From assembly GCA_964558655.1 (NCBI GenBank), contig CAZLEX010000001.1:15356-79355 (forward strand): a DNA stretch of 64,000 bases. The letters run 5' to 3'. The DNA is from an uncultured Oscillospiraceae bacterium. GTDB taxonomy: Bacteria; Bacillota; Clostridia; Oscillospirales; SIG627. Positions 28,548 through 40,238 of this stretch are shown piece after piece. Position numbers and translations under genes: made by a program. The notes under the pieces are model-generated. The model saw nothing but the letters and a program-made list of their open reading frames with translations. It did not search any database and was not told where the DNA came from. Numbering within the stretch: the stretch's first letter is position 1; each line of letters starts with the position of its first letter.

Positions 28548-29924
28548 ATGGATCCCAGAGAAGAAGTTTTATCTTGTGTTCAAAATTTAATACATGAAAG
28601 CGGCGATTTTACTCAAGCTACATATAATCTTTGGTTCAGAGATTTAAAAATAGAAAGCTTAACCAAAACGCAAGCTATATTGAGCGTTAATTCAGCTTAT
28701 AAAGCGGAAATAATTACCGACAGATATCTCTCTGTTTTAGAACATTATTTTGAAGAAGCACTTGGTTTTCATATTGATGTATGTATTGATATAATGCAAG
28801 AAGACGATAATTATTCCAAAAGTACAATTAAACTTATAAAAACCGAACTTTCGGATCACTCAAAAACAATTGAAGAAAAAGAAAACAGTCCGGTATTTTT
28901 AAAATATAATCCTGAATACACATTTGAAAATTTCATAGTAGGAAATACAAATAAATTGGCTCAAGCCGCTTGCCGTGCAATAGCTGAAAATCCGGATCAT
29001 CACTACAATCCGTTATTTATTTACGGGGCTTCAGGACTTGGAAAAACTCATCTTTTATATGCAATTACAAATCATATACTTATAAACAGACCTGATGCAA
29101 ATATCGTATATGCACGAGGAGAAGAATTTACAACAGAATTGATAAATTCTCTTTCTAAAAAAATTCCTATGCAGTATTTTCGTGACCGTTACAGAAAAGC
29201 AGATGTCTTATTAATAGACGATATTCAATTTATTGCCGGAAAACCTTCAACTCAAGAAGAATTTTTCCATACTTTCAATACTTTGTACGATGAAAAAAAG
29301 CAAATAATTTTGGCATCGGATCTCCCTCCGAAAGATATCAAAAATTTAGAGGAAAGACTCATAAGCCGTTTTTCTTGGGGACTTATAGTAGATGTTCAGC
29401 CTCCGGATTTGGAACTGCGTATAGCAATATTAAAATCAAAAGCAGAAATGATGAATATCAACATAGATGATAATGTTATAACTTATATTGCAGACAATAT
29501 AAAAAACAATATCAGACAGCTTGAAGGTGCCATAAAACGCTTAAAAGCAATGTCATATTTAAATGATACAAAAATAACAATGTCAGTTGCAAAAGAAGCT
29601 CTTAAAGATTTTCTTTCGGAAAATGCATCTACCGGAGTAACAATCGATCAAATATTTGAAATTGTTGCAAACCACTATAATATTTCGGTAGAAGATATGA
29701 GAGGCAAAAAACATCTTAAAGAAATTACAACGGGACGCCATGTTACAATCTATATTTTAAGAACAATAACAGAACTTTCTCTCAACGATATTGGAAAATA
29801 TTTTGATATGCATCATACATCGGTACTTTATGCCGTCAACAATATTACCGAAAATTTGAAAAATGATCCAAAACTTGAGTTTGAAGTTTCATCTATAATC
29901 AGAGAAATAAAAGAAGGGCATTAA
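28548..29924 (+). CDS. dnaA: Chromosomal replication initiator DnaA
   Basis: YTFENFIVG, YNPLFIYGASGLGKTHL, LLIDDIQF, IRQLEGA, HHTSVLYA. Confidence 0.98.
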   Translation: MDPREEVLSCVQNLIHESGDFTQATYNLWFRDLKIESLTKTQAILSVNSAYKAEIITDRYLSVLEHYFEEALGFHIDVCIDIMQEDDNYSKSTIKLIKTELSDHSKTIEEKENSPVFLKYNPEYTFENFIVGNTNKLAQAACRAIAENPDHHYNPLFIYGASGLGKTHLLYAITNHILINRPDANIVYARGEEFTTELINSLSKKIPMQYFRDRYRKADVLLIDDIQFIAGKPSTQEEFFHTFNTLYDEKKQIILASDLPPKDIKNLEERLISRFSWGLIVDVQPPDLELRIAILKSKAEMMNINIDDNVITYIADNIKNNIRQLEGAIKRLKAMSYLNDTKITMSVAKEALKDFLSENASTGVTIDQIFEIVANHYNISVEDMRGKKHLKEITTGRHVTIYILRTITELSLNDIGKYFDMHHTSVLYAVNNITENLKNDPKLEFEVSSIIREIKEGH

Positions 29925-30219
29925 CGGTTCTGTCAAAAAAATGTGGATAAAAATGTTAATCCGTGTGAAAAAAATTAAAGCTGTGCAAATTTAATTTTTT
30001 CATAAAAAACGGTTGTAAATATCGATCATGTAAATTTACAAAAATATTTAAACATTTATTTGACATTAAAAATACCGAAAATAAACTGTATATGACACAT
30101 TTTTGTGTTTTACACAATTCTGACAGTTACTACTAATACTACTAAATATAAAAATATATTATATTAAATTATTTTTGATAAAAAAACAAATTTAAAATTT
30201 TGTCAGAGGAGAAAATTTT
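29925..30219. other. oriC (dnaA-dnaN intergenic): DnaA box, DnaA-trios and AT-rich unwinding region
   Basis: Perfect TGTGGATAA at 29942-29950; weaker boxes at 29964 and 30108; TAC-TAC-TAA-TAC-TAC-TAA at 30128-30145, followed by an almost pure A/T tract. Confidence 0.85.
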
Positions 30220-31323
30220 ATGAAAATAAGAGCCGATAAAAAAAGTTTACTCAGTGCAATACTTCCTGCAATGTGTGCAATTTCATCACCTGCTCCGATA
30301 TCTGTATTGGAAAGTTTAAAATTTACAGTACAAAACGATGTATTATATGTTACCGGATATGATTTATCAAAAGGTGTAAAAACGGAAACTCGTGTATTTG
30401 TGGAAGAAGAAGGTACAATTCTTTTAAATCCGCAAAAAATAAGTGCTATTGTCCGTTCAATGCCTGATGATATGATAAATATAGAAACCGATGACAAAGG
30501 TATTGTAAAAGTAACATGCAATAAAACAAAATTTGAAATTATAGGAATAAATTCCGAAGGTTATCCGAATTTACCTGAACTTTCGGGAGATAAAAGTTTT
30601 GATATTGAAAAAGGTGTTTTAAAAAATTCTTGCCAACAAGTCCTTTTTTCCGTAGCATATGATGATAAAAAACCTGTTTTAACAGGTGTGTTTTTTGAAC
30701 TTTCAAATAATAAAATGACACTCGTCAGTTGTGACGGTTTCCGACTTTCAATATGTAATAAAAATGTCGTAACGAATGAAATGCTTCGTTTTATAGTACC
30801 CGGAAAAACTCTTTCGGATTTAATAAAACTGCTTGATGACAGTGATGAAAAAATAACAGTTGAATTAACTTCAAAACATCTTATTTTACATTTTGGAGAT
30901 ATTTATTTCTTCTCAAGGCTTATTGAAGGAGATTATATTGATTATGTCAGGAGTATTCCGCAAAATCAAAAAATAGAAGCAAAAATAAAATTGAGCGAAT
31001 TTATTTCATGTCTTGAAAGAGCGTCACTTGTAATTGACGAAAAAGCAAAAAGCCCGATAAAATTAAATATAGTGCCTTTTGGAATGCTTGTTTCATGTCT
31101 TACGGCAAACGGAAAAATAGAAGATGAAATACATGCTGAAGTACAGGGAGAACTTGAAATAGGTTTTAATAACAGATATCTTCTTGATGCACTTAAGGCG
31201 GCATCAATGTCTGGAGATGAAGAAGTAATATTAAAAATGTCAACTCCTCTTACCGGCATGACAATTCAGCCGGCAGATCATGATGAATATTTTTATCTTG
31301 TATTGCCTGTCCGGCTTAACTGA
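30220..31323 (+). CDS. dnaN: DNA polymerase III beta clamp
   Basis: GYDLSKG, YPNLP, VSCDGFRLS, FSRLIEGDY, IGFNNRYLLDAL, LVLPVR. Confidence 0.97.
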   Translation: MKIRADKKSLLSAILPAMCAISSPAPISVLESLKFTVQNDVLYVTGYDLSKGVKTETRVFVEEEGTILLNPQKISAIVRSMPDDMINIETDDKGIVKVTCNKTKFEIIGINSEGYPNLPELSGDKSFDIEKGVLKNSCQQVLFSVAYDDKKPVLTGVFFELSNNKMTLVSCDGFRLSICNKNVVTNEMLRFIVPGKTLSDLIKLLDDSDEKITVELTSKHLILHFGDIYFFSRLIEGDYIDYVRSIPQNQKIEAKIKLSEFISCLERASLVIDEKAKSPIKLNIVPFGMLVSCLTANGKIEDEIHAEVQGELEIGFNNRYLLDALKAASMSGDEEVILKMSTPLTGMTIQPADHDEYFYLVLPVRLN

Positions 31324-32408
31324 TGAAACTTAAAAGTATAGAAATTAAAAATTTCAGAAATATAGCACATCAAAAATTGCATTTTTCACCGGAAACTACT
31401 TTAATTTTCGGAAATAATGCCGAAGGAAAGACAAATGTAATAGAGGCAATATATTCTTTCAGTTATTCAAAGAGTTTTCGTAAATCAAAAGAGCGTGATT
31501 TAATAAAATTTGGAGAAGAAGAAGCTGTTATCAGTGCAATTTTTGAAGAAAAAACAAGAGAATGTAATTTAAAAATAAAAATTTCAAAAAAAGACGGAAA
31601 AAATTTTTATTATAATGGGACAAGACTTGAAAAAATGAAAGATTTTTTCGGTCATTTTCCTGCGGTATTGTTCGTTCCAGAATATTTGAAAATAATAAAA
31701 AACGGTCCGAGTGAAAGAAGAAGTTTTATTGACAGTGCAATTTGTCAGATAAAACCGTCGTATATTTCATTGCTTTTTGCTTATCACAGACTTTGTGAAG
31801 AAAAAAATGCATTAATAAAAAATTTTTCTTTCGATCATCAAGATAAAATACTTTTTGAAGTATATAATGAAAAACTTGCAAAAAGTGCTGCCGCAATAAG
31901 CTTTGAAAGATATGAATTTATAAAAAAAATTAATTTAAAAGCAAAATATCATTTTGAAAAAATGTCGGAGAAAGATATTATTGATTTTGAATTTTTATCG
32001 TCGGGTTTAAATGTAATACCGGAAAATTTTGAAGAATATTACAATATGCTTTTTAAAAAATGTTTTGAAAATGATTTGAAATTTCAAAGAATGTCAACAG
32101 GTGCTCAATTTGATGATATTGAAATATTGATAAATTCAAATTCGGCGAGGACATTTGCTTCTCAGGGACAGCAAAGAAGTGCTGTTGTTGCAATGAAACT
32201 TGCGGAAGGAGAAGTAATTGAAGAAATGACAAAAAACAATCCGATTTATTTGTTTGATGATATTCTTTCGGAACTTGATGAAAAAAGAAAAAATTATATA
32301 TTAAAATCACTTTCAAACAAACAAGTAGTTATAACATCTTGCCAAAATGGCAGAAACACGGGAGTTTGTGCCTATTATGCAAAATCCGGCACATATGAAA
32401 AAATTTAA
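31323..32408 (+). CDS. recF: DNA replication/repair protein RecF
   Basis: NFRN, GNNAEGKTNVIEAI, GPSERRSFID, SQGQQRS, LFDDILSELD. Confidence 0.96.
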   Translation: MKLKSIEIKNFRNIAHQKLHFSPETTLIFGNNAEGKTNVIEAIYSFSYSKSFRKSKERDLIKFGEEEAVISAIFEEKTRECNLKIKISKKDGKNFYYNGTRLEKMKDFFGHFPAVLFVPEYLKIIKNGPSERRSFIDSAICQIKPSYISLLFAYHRLCEEKNALIKNFSFDHQDKILFEVYNEKLAKSAAAISFERYEFIKKINLKAKYHFEKMSEKDIIDFEFLSSGLNVIPENFEEYYNMLFKKCFENDLKFQRMSTGAQFDDIEILINSNSARTFASQGQQRSAVVAMKLAEGEVIEEMTKNNPIYLFDDILSELDEKRKNYILKSLSNKQVVITSCQNGRNTGVCAYYAKSGTYEKI

Positions 32409-32410
32409 TT

Positions 32411-32677
32411 ATGGCAGTATATTTACACGCTGAACAAAAGAAAAGTATAAAAAGTAAGGATATAGTAGGCATTTTTGATATGGATAATACAACTGTATCC
32501 GGAATAACGAGAAATTTTTTAAATATTGCCCAAAAAAACAATAAAATTATTAATATTACCGACGATATACCAAAAACATTTTTATTGTGCGGTAAAAAAA
32601 ACGAAAGGGAATCAGTCGTTGTAATTTCTCAATTTTCAACAAAGACACTTTACGACAGACTGAAAAGGAAAATTTAG
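32411..32677 (+). CDS. remB: DUF370 family protein RemB (YaaB)
   Basis: YLHAEQ..IKSKDIVGIFDMD, PKTF, SQFSTKTL; located between recF and gyrB. Confidence 0.85.
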   Translation: MAVYLHAEQKKSIKSKDIVGIFDMDNTTVSGITRNFLNIAQKNNKIINITDDIPKTFLLCGKKNERESVVVISQFSTKTLYDRLKRKI

Positions 32678-34726
<2,049 letters not shown>

Positions 34727-34734
34727 AATTTTTA

Positions 34735-34962
34735 TGTGAAAAAACAAGACAAACAATAGTTTTCCACAACCTGTGGAAAACTATGTTGAAAACTTTTGTT
34801 GATTAAAAATACATAAAAAAAAATAAACAGTTTTATCTTTGTTTCGGAAAAGTCAGCAAATAAAGGCACATTTTTTAAAGTGTAATAAATTTTAAAAAAA
34901 TAACAAAATTTTTCAAAACACTTTTTCAAACATGAAACTCACAAAAATACATATGTGGAAAA
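34735..34962. promoter_or_regulatory. DnaA-box cluster between gyrB and gyrA
   Basis: One-mismatch boxes at 34760-68, 34772-80 and 34954-62; two-mismatch boxes at 34735, 34784 and 34797. Confidence 0.75.
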
Positions 34963-34993
34963 CTTGTTGGAAAAATGTAAGAAAGGTAAATTA

Positions 34994-37582
34994 ATGGATA
35001 TCAACACAGAAGGACAAAATATACTTCATGTAGAGATTAATAAAGAAGTAAAACGATCTTATATTGAATATGCAATGTCAGTTATAGTTTCCCGTGCACT
35101 TCCCGATGTACGCGACGGTTTAAAACCGGTACATCGCAGAATTTTATATTCCATGTATGAAGATAATTTAACACATGATAAACCGTTTCGTAAATCGGCA
35201 ACTACAGTAGGTAATGTGCTCGGTCACTATCACCCTCACGGAGATGCCGCAGTTTATGATTCAATGGTTCGTCTTGCTCAACCGTTTTCATTGCGTTATC
35301 CGCTTGTTGACGGTCACGGAAATTTCGGTAATGTTGACGGTGACGGAGCTGCAGCATACCGTTATACAGAAGCAAGAATGTCAAAAATTGCCTCTGAAAT
35401 GCTTACCGATATAGAAAAAGATGTTGTGAATTTTTCTCCGAACTTTGATAATAAACTTAAGGAACCAGATGTTTTACCTTCAGGTTTTCCAAATCTTTTG
35501 GTTAACGGAAGTGTCGGTATTGCCGTCGGTATGGCAACATATATTCCGCCTCATAATTTGTGCGAAGTAATAGACGGTGCAATTTATCTTATGGAAAATC
35601 CGAATTGTGAAATATTTGATATTATGCAGTTCATTAAAGGTCCTGATTTTCCGACATATGCGACAATTTACGGTACATCGGGTATTAAACAGGCTTACCT
35701 TACCGGAAAAGGTCATGTTATGGTGCGTGCAAAGTATCATATGGAAGAACATCATTCTAAGAAAAGTATTGTGTACACTGAAATTCCTTATCAAGTTAAC
35801 AAATCTAATTTGGTTAAAACAATTGCCGATCTTGTAAATGATAAAAGAATAGAAGGAATTTCCGACATTAGAGATGAATCCGGCAGAAACGGTATGCGTA
35901 TTGTCGTTGATTTAAAGCGTGATGCAAATGAGATGATAGTTATAAATCTTCTTTATAAGTATACTCAATTGCAGGATACTTGTGCAATGAATATGTTGGC
36001 ACTTGTAAACGGAGAACCGAAAACCCTTAATTTAAAACAAATACTTTATTATTATATTAAACACAGAGAAGAAGTTGTCACAAGACGCATTACTTTCGAT
36101 TTAAACCGTGCAAAAGCGAAAGAGCATATTTGGCAAGGATATAAGATAGCACTTGACAACATAGATGAAGTAATAAAAATAATCCGTGCTTCAAAGACAG
36201 TTGCGGAAGCTAAACAAGCTCTTATTTTACGCTTTGAACTTACAGATGTACAATCACAGGCTATTGTAGAATTACCGCTCGGAAAACTTTCTTCTATGGA
36301 AGTTGACAATATACTTGCGGAATTAGACAGATTAATGAAGCTTATAGCCGAACTTGAAGAAATTCTTTCCGATGAGACGAAAATTTTCGAAATCATTAAA
36401 GAAGAGATGCTTGAAATAAAGCGTCGGTACGGTGATGAAAGAAGGACATCAATTGAAGAAGTTGAAGACGATATAGTTCTTGAAGATTTGATAGAACGCC
36501 ATAAGTGTCTTATTACTACAACTCATGACGGTTATATTAAGCGTATACCGGTTGATACATATGAGTCCCAAAATCGCGGAGGTAAAGGCGTAAACGCCAT
36601 GAAGACGAAAGAAGAAGATTCTGTTAAAGATATATTTGTATCTCACAGTCATAACTATTTGTTTATGTTTACTTCTTTAGGGCGTCTCTATATTAAAAAA
36701 TGCTATCAAATTCCGGAAGGAACCCGTACATCAAAGGGCACTCATATAAACAATATTTTACCTCTTTCCGAAGGAGAAAAGATTACCGCTTTTATTTCGG
36801 TTGCAAAAATCAATACAGATGAAGTGCTTGTAATGACAACGGAAAAAGGAATGATAAAGCGTTGTCCGCTGTCTTCTTTCCGTCATATTCGTAATAAAGG
36901 TATAATAGCAATTAAATTAAATGATGATGATAAGTTGTTATTTGTAAACAAAACCGACGGAAACAGCGAAATTTTTATTGCAGCATCAAACGGACAAGCA
37001 TTAAAATTTTCCGAAAAGCGTGTGCGTGTGATGGGGCGTACTTCAAGAGGTGTTAGGGCAATTAAACTTGAAACAGGAGAAAAAGTTGTCGGATCTCTTG
37101 CAATCAAGCCGAATGAAAACGGCGAATATGAGAGAATGCTCTTGACTTTAACCGAAAACGGTTTCGGAAAACGATGTGATTTTAAATTGTTTGCTGAAAA
37201 AAATCGTGGCGGTAAGGGTATGAGATGTCACAAACTTACTGAAAAAACAGGTAGTTTAGCGGGAATTGAAGCGGTTGAAGATACTGACGATGTTATGCTT
37301 ATGACAGACGGCGGAATGCTTATCAGAACCGTTGTAGAACAGATTTCGGTAAGCGGAAGAAGTGCTTCAGGTGTAATTGTGATGAGACTTAACGGGGTTT
37401 CAAAAATAATAGGATTTGAGAGAATTAAGCGTGAAGAAGACGCAGAAAAGGAAGCTCTTGAAGAAAACGACGGGGAAGAACTTGAAATTGTCGAAGATGA
37501 TATTGATGATGTAGAAGAAGATATTCAAGATACAGACGAAGATATTACGGATGACGAAAATGAGGAAGAATCCGAAGAATGA
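34994..37582 (+). CDS. gyrA: DNA gyrase subunit A
   Basis: [29 protein letters not shown], GyrA-box QNRGGKG, acidic tail. ATG 34994 follows GAAAGG. Confidence 0.98.
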   Translation: MDINTEGQNILHVEINKEVKRSYIEYAMSVIVSRALPDVRDGLKPVHRRILYSMYEDNLTHDKPFRKSATTVGNVLGHYHPHGDAAVYDSMVRLAQPFSLRYPLVDGHGNFGNVDGDGAAAYRYTEARMSKIASEMLTDIEKDVVNFSPNFDNKLKEPDVLPSGFPNLLVNGSVGIAVGMATYIPPHNLCEVIDGAIYLMENPNCEIFDIMQFIKGPDFPTYATIYGTSGIKQAYLTGKGHVMVRAKYHMEEHHSKKSIVYTEIPYQVNKSNLVKTIADLVNDKRIEGISDIRDESGRNGMRIVVDLKRDANEMIVINLLYKYTQLQDTCAMNMLALVNGEPKTLNLKQILYYYIKHREEVVTRRITFDLNRAKAKEHIWQGYKIALDNIDEVIKIIRASKTVAEAKQALILRFELTDVQSQAIVELPLGKLSSMEVDNILAELDRLMKLIAELEEILSDETKIFEIIKEEMLEIKRRYGDERRTSIEEVEDDIVLEDLIERHKCLITTTHDGYIKRIPVDTYESQNRGGKGVNAMKTKEEDSVKDIFVSHSHNYLFMFTSLGRLYIKKCYQIPEGTRTSKGTHINNILPLSEGEKITAFISVAKINTDEVLVMTTEKGMIKRCPLSSFRHIRNKGIIAIKLNDDDKLLFVNKTDGNSEIFIAASNGQALKFSEKRVRVMGRTSRGVRAIKLETGEKVVGSLAIKPNENGEYERMLLTLTENGFGKRCDFKLFAEKNRGGKGMRCHKLTEKTGSLAGIEAVEDTDDVMLMTDGGMLIRTVVEQISVSGRSASGVIVMRLNGVSKIIGFERIKREEDAEKEALEENDGEELEIVEDDIDDVEEDIQDTDEDITDDENEEESEE

Positions 37583-37634
37583 TAAAAAAAGGTTGTATTT
37601 TTTCACCGCCGTATAAGAAAGTGTTTTATATGTG

Positions 37635-37674
37635 AAAAACAGTGAAGTATCTTTAATGATACTTCACTGTTTTT
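37635..37674 (+). terminator. Bidirectional intrinsic terminator after gyrA
   Basis: 17-bp perfect arms AAAAACAGTGAAGTATC / GATACTTCACTGTTTTT. Confidence 0.85.
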
Positions 37675-37707
37675 TAAATAAAATTTAATAAAGTGCAAAT
37701 TGAAAAT

Positions 37708-38172
37708 TTATTTTTCCGGTAATTTCAAAAAACGCTTGTTATTCATCTTTTCATTTGTGATATAATTACCATCTAAAAATAATACATATGTTGTAATTGG
37801 CGTCGGGGCTTTTTGAGCTTGTTCTTTGCTCTGCAAATGAATTGCTTTAAATTGTAGTGCTTTTTTGCAATCTTTTCAATTACAGGAAATTTTGCATTAA
37901 GCAGGCATTGATTTGTGTAATACAAAACATAACCTTCTTTTTCGTCAGTATGCAGATGTTTTGCACACTCTTTGACTTACGGCAATACGGCATTTTCAGC
38001 AGCGGGTATATATTCAATAAAACACATGTACTTTTCAGAAAAACCAACCCATCTTCAAACCGATTCGATAACCAGGCTTTTTTGAAGACACTTGAATATC
38101 GTTGTTATTGGAAATCGCACAACATATATGTTCTTTTACTATGTTTTCGTTTGTAACCTTAATGTAATCCAG
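37708..38172 (-). pseudogene. YoaP-domain (GNAT-like) pseudogene
   Basis: Three frames give DYIKVTNENIVKEHICCAIS..KKAWLSNRFEDGLVFLKS, CFIEYIP, KECAKH..GYVLYYTNQC and AQKAPTPITTY..DGNYITNE. The middle is deleted and a CTG stands where ATG is expected. Confidence 0.75.
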
Positions 38173-38231
38173 TATATAAAATTTTCTCCAAGTTAGATTT
38201 TCCCATATCATTATAAAATTTGATTTTTTAA

Positions 38232-38752
38232 TTAAATAACATATTCGTATAATTCATAATTTGTCCAACCAGTATCTTCATAATACATTTTTAGTGTATC
38301 CATATACTGAAAACCCATCCGTGTGTAGAGATTTTTGGCCGGAATGTTACCTTTAAGCACATCTAATCTGATTGCTTTTTGATGATTGTCAGTCGCAATT
38401 TCGAATGCTTTTTTACCATCAACTTAGCATAGCCTTTTCCGAAATGAGTCGGATGAATACCAAGTGCATGTATTACAGTAATTTCATTTTCCTTTGCGTT
38501 AGTTTGCCAATGAAATTTTTTGTAACCATCATTATATTGATGATTCAATATCATTGCTGCAATAATCTCGCTATTCTCCATACCTATATATAGTTCTTCA
38601 TTAGCAATAGAATTTTGAATAAATTCAGGAGAAGGGTAAATATCTTTTTTCCAGCCTATCTTATACAAAGAATTCTGCATACCGTCAATCAGAGAATGAT
38701 AAAAAAACATAACGGCATCACATTGATTCTCGTTTGCCTTAATAATAATCAT
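38232..38752 (-). pseudogene. GNAT N-acetyltransferase with a single-base frameshift
   Basis: MIIIKANE..HALGIHP..GKGYAKLMVK continues in another frame as AFEIA..AIRLDVLKGNIPA..LYTRMGF..GWTNYELYEYVI*. The shift is at an A6 run (38409-38414). Confidence 0.85.
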
Positions 38753-38856
38753 TTCAGTACCTCCTAAATTCCGACGATTTAACTTTTTAAACACTTACAG
38801 AAAAAGAGAGTTGATATCACTTGACAATAATTTTTTTCAGATGAAGCATTATAAAT

Positions 38857-40038
38857 TTATTTGGATTCGTTTAACAAAAACAGTGCACACAATGCGGCAA
38901 AAACAGCCCATATAATAAACATCGGAGAATATCCTAACGATTCTACCAGTATTCCGAAGATAACCGAGCCGATTGAAGCACCCGAATATGTTAAAACATC
39001 CATATAACTCGATACGGAGGAAACACAGCCTCTTTCAAGATAACGAGCCGGAAAAACGGAAGTTACCGTCGTATTAGCCATGGCAATTGTACAGGCAATT
39101 CCTCCGAAACAAATAAGTGAAGCCCAGAGAGGTAAGAATCCGATTGCAAGAAATGCGGAAAGCAAAGCACAAATTCCCAAAGAAATACACGCAACGAGAT
39201 TTTCGTTGTTGTGACAAATTTTTAATACAGGCAAAAAGACAATTCTTCCGATAAGTGTCAAAAATGGGATAATAAATACATAAAGAGCAAGATTTTCAAG
39301 TTTAAGTCCAAAACAAGCTGTAAAAAACAGACCAAACCATACATTTACATTATCTTTTATGACTCCGTGAAGAAATGACGGTATTATCATTCTCTTAAAT
39401 GCCGGATCGCGAAATAATTCGGATAAAGGCATTGGCGGTAGGCTTTGCTTTCCGGTTTTTTTACTGTCGTGTACAAATATGAGAAAAAGTAATGCGGTAA
39501 TAAAAGTTATGATTGCGGGTAAGAAAAATCCTGCCGAAACGCTGTCAAAAAAAGATATTCCGAAATTTGCTACGACAACTCCCAAAATACTTCCTGTACC
39601 GACGCAGGTAGCAAGAAGTGAGACTACGGATGCTCTTTTTTCGGCGGTGAATTTTGAAGATACAATTCTTAATATCGGTCCCCATACAAGCGATTGGGCA
39701 ATACCGTTTAAAAACCATACTGTATATAAGACTCCTATCGGAAAGAAAAAACCGAAAATAAAATTTGTAATTGATGATAGAAAAAGTCCTCCTACGATAA
39801 GCATTTTCGGAGGAAGTTTGTCTCCTGCTCTTCCGAGTAAAATTTTTCCGAAAGCATATGCCGCAAGAAACAGAGAAGAGATTAAGCCTATTTGTGAATC
39901 CGTCATTATGCCAAGTTCCTTTATTCCGACTGAGGCTACCGAGAAGTTAAGGCGACAGAGGTAGACACAACTGTAAGCGATGTAAGAAAATAAAGCAACA
40001 ACAGTTCCGCGTGTTAGATGTTTATCATTTTGATTCAT
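38857..40038 (-). CDS. MFS transporter (OPA/UhpT-like)
   Basis: About 12 hydrophobic helices; YLCRLNFS, GRAGDKLPPK (motif A), NGIAQSLVW. Confidence 0.88.
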   Translation of the reverse strand: MNQNDKHLTRGTVVALFSYIAYSCVYLCRLNFSVASVGIKELGIMTDSQIGLISSLFLAAYAFGKILLGRAGDKLPPKMLIVGGLFLSSITNFIFGFFFPIGVLYTVWFLNGIAQSLVWGPILRIVSSKFTAEKRASVVSLLATCVGTGSILGVVVANFGISFFDSVSAGFFLPAIITFITALLFLIFVHDSKKTGKQSLPPMPLSELFRDPAFKRMIIPSFLHGVIKDNVNVWFGLFFTACFGLKLENLALYVFIIPFLTLIGRIVFLPVLKICHNNENLVACISLGICALLSAFLAIGFLPLWASLICFGGIACTIAMANTTVTSVFPARYLERGCVSSVSSYMDVLTYSGASIGSVIFGILVESLGYSPMFIIWAVFAALCALFLLNESK

Positions 40039-40170
40039 TATATTACCTCAAATTTATCAAAAATTTATATAATATCAGACAGGAATAATATTCTATTACA
40101 AAAGCCGAAATTTGTCAAGATTTATCATGTTTGGGTATGTTTAAATAAATAAAAATCTGTTTTTATCCGT

Positions 40171-40213
40171 AAAAATATGCACCTCTGTAAGTATTTTACT
40201 TCGAGGTGCATAT
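40171..40213 (-). terminator. Terminator, copy 1 of a repeated ATATGCACC/GGTGCATAT element
   Basis: 11-bp outer stem, inner AAGTA/TACTT stem and U-tract on the minus strand, about 25 nt after the lipoprotein stop. Confidence 0.7.
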
Positions 40214-40238
40214 AATTTTTTAGTTTATTGTTTTTATT

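Noticed and set aside
34732-34993. 65-aa minus ORF and GTG start of gyrA at 34955
   Set aside because: Both run through DnaA-box and AT-rich DNA; the GTG is part of a DnaA box. ATG 34994 has the RBS.
37622-37641. TGTTTTATATGTGAAAAACA as a fourth parS
   Set aside because: It has five or more mismatches in any 16-bp register and is explained by the adjacent terminator arm.
37857-38156. 99-aa ORF on +
   Set aside because: It is the antisense of the YoaP remnant and has no motifs of its own.
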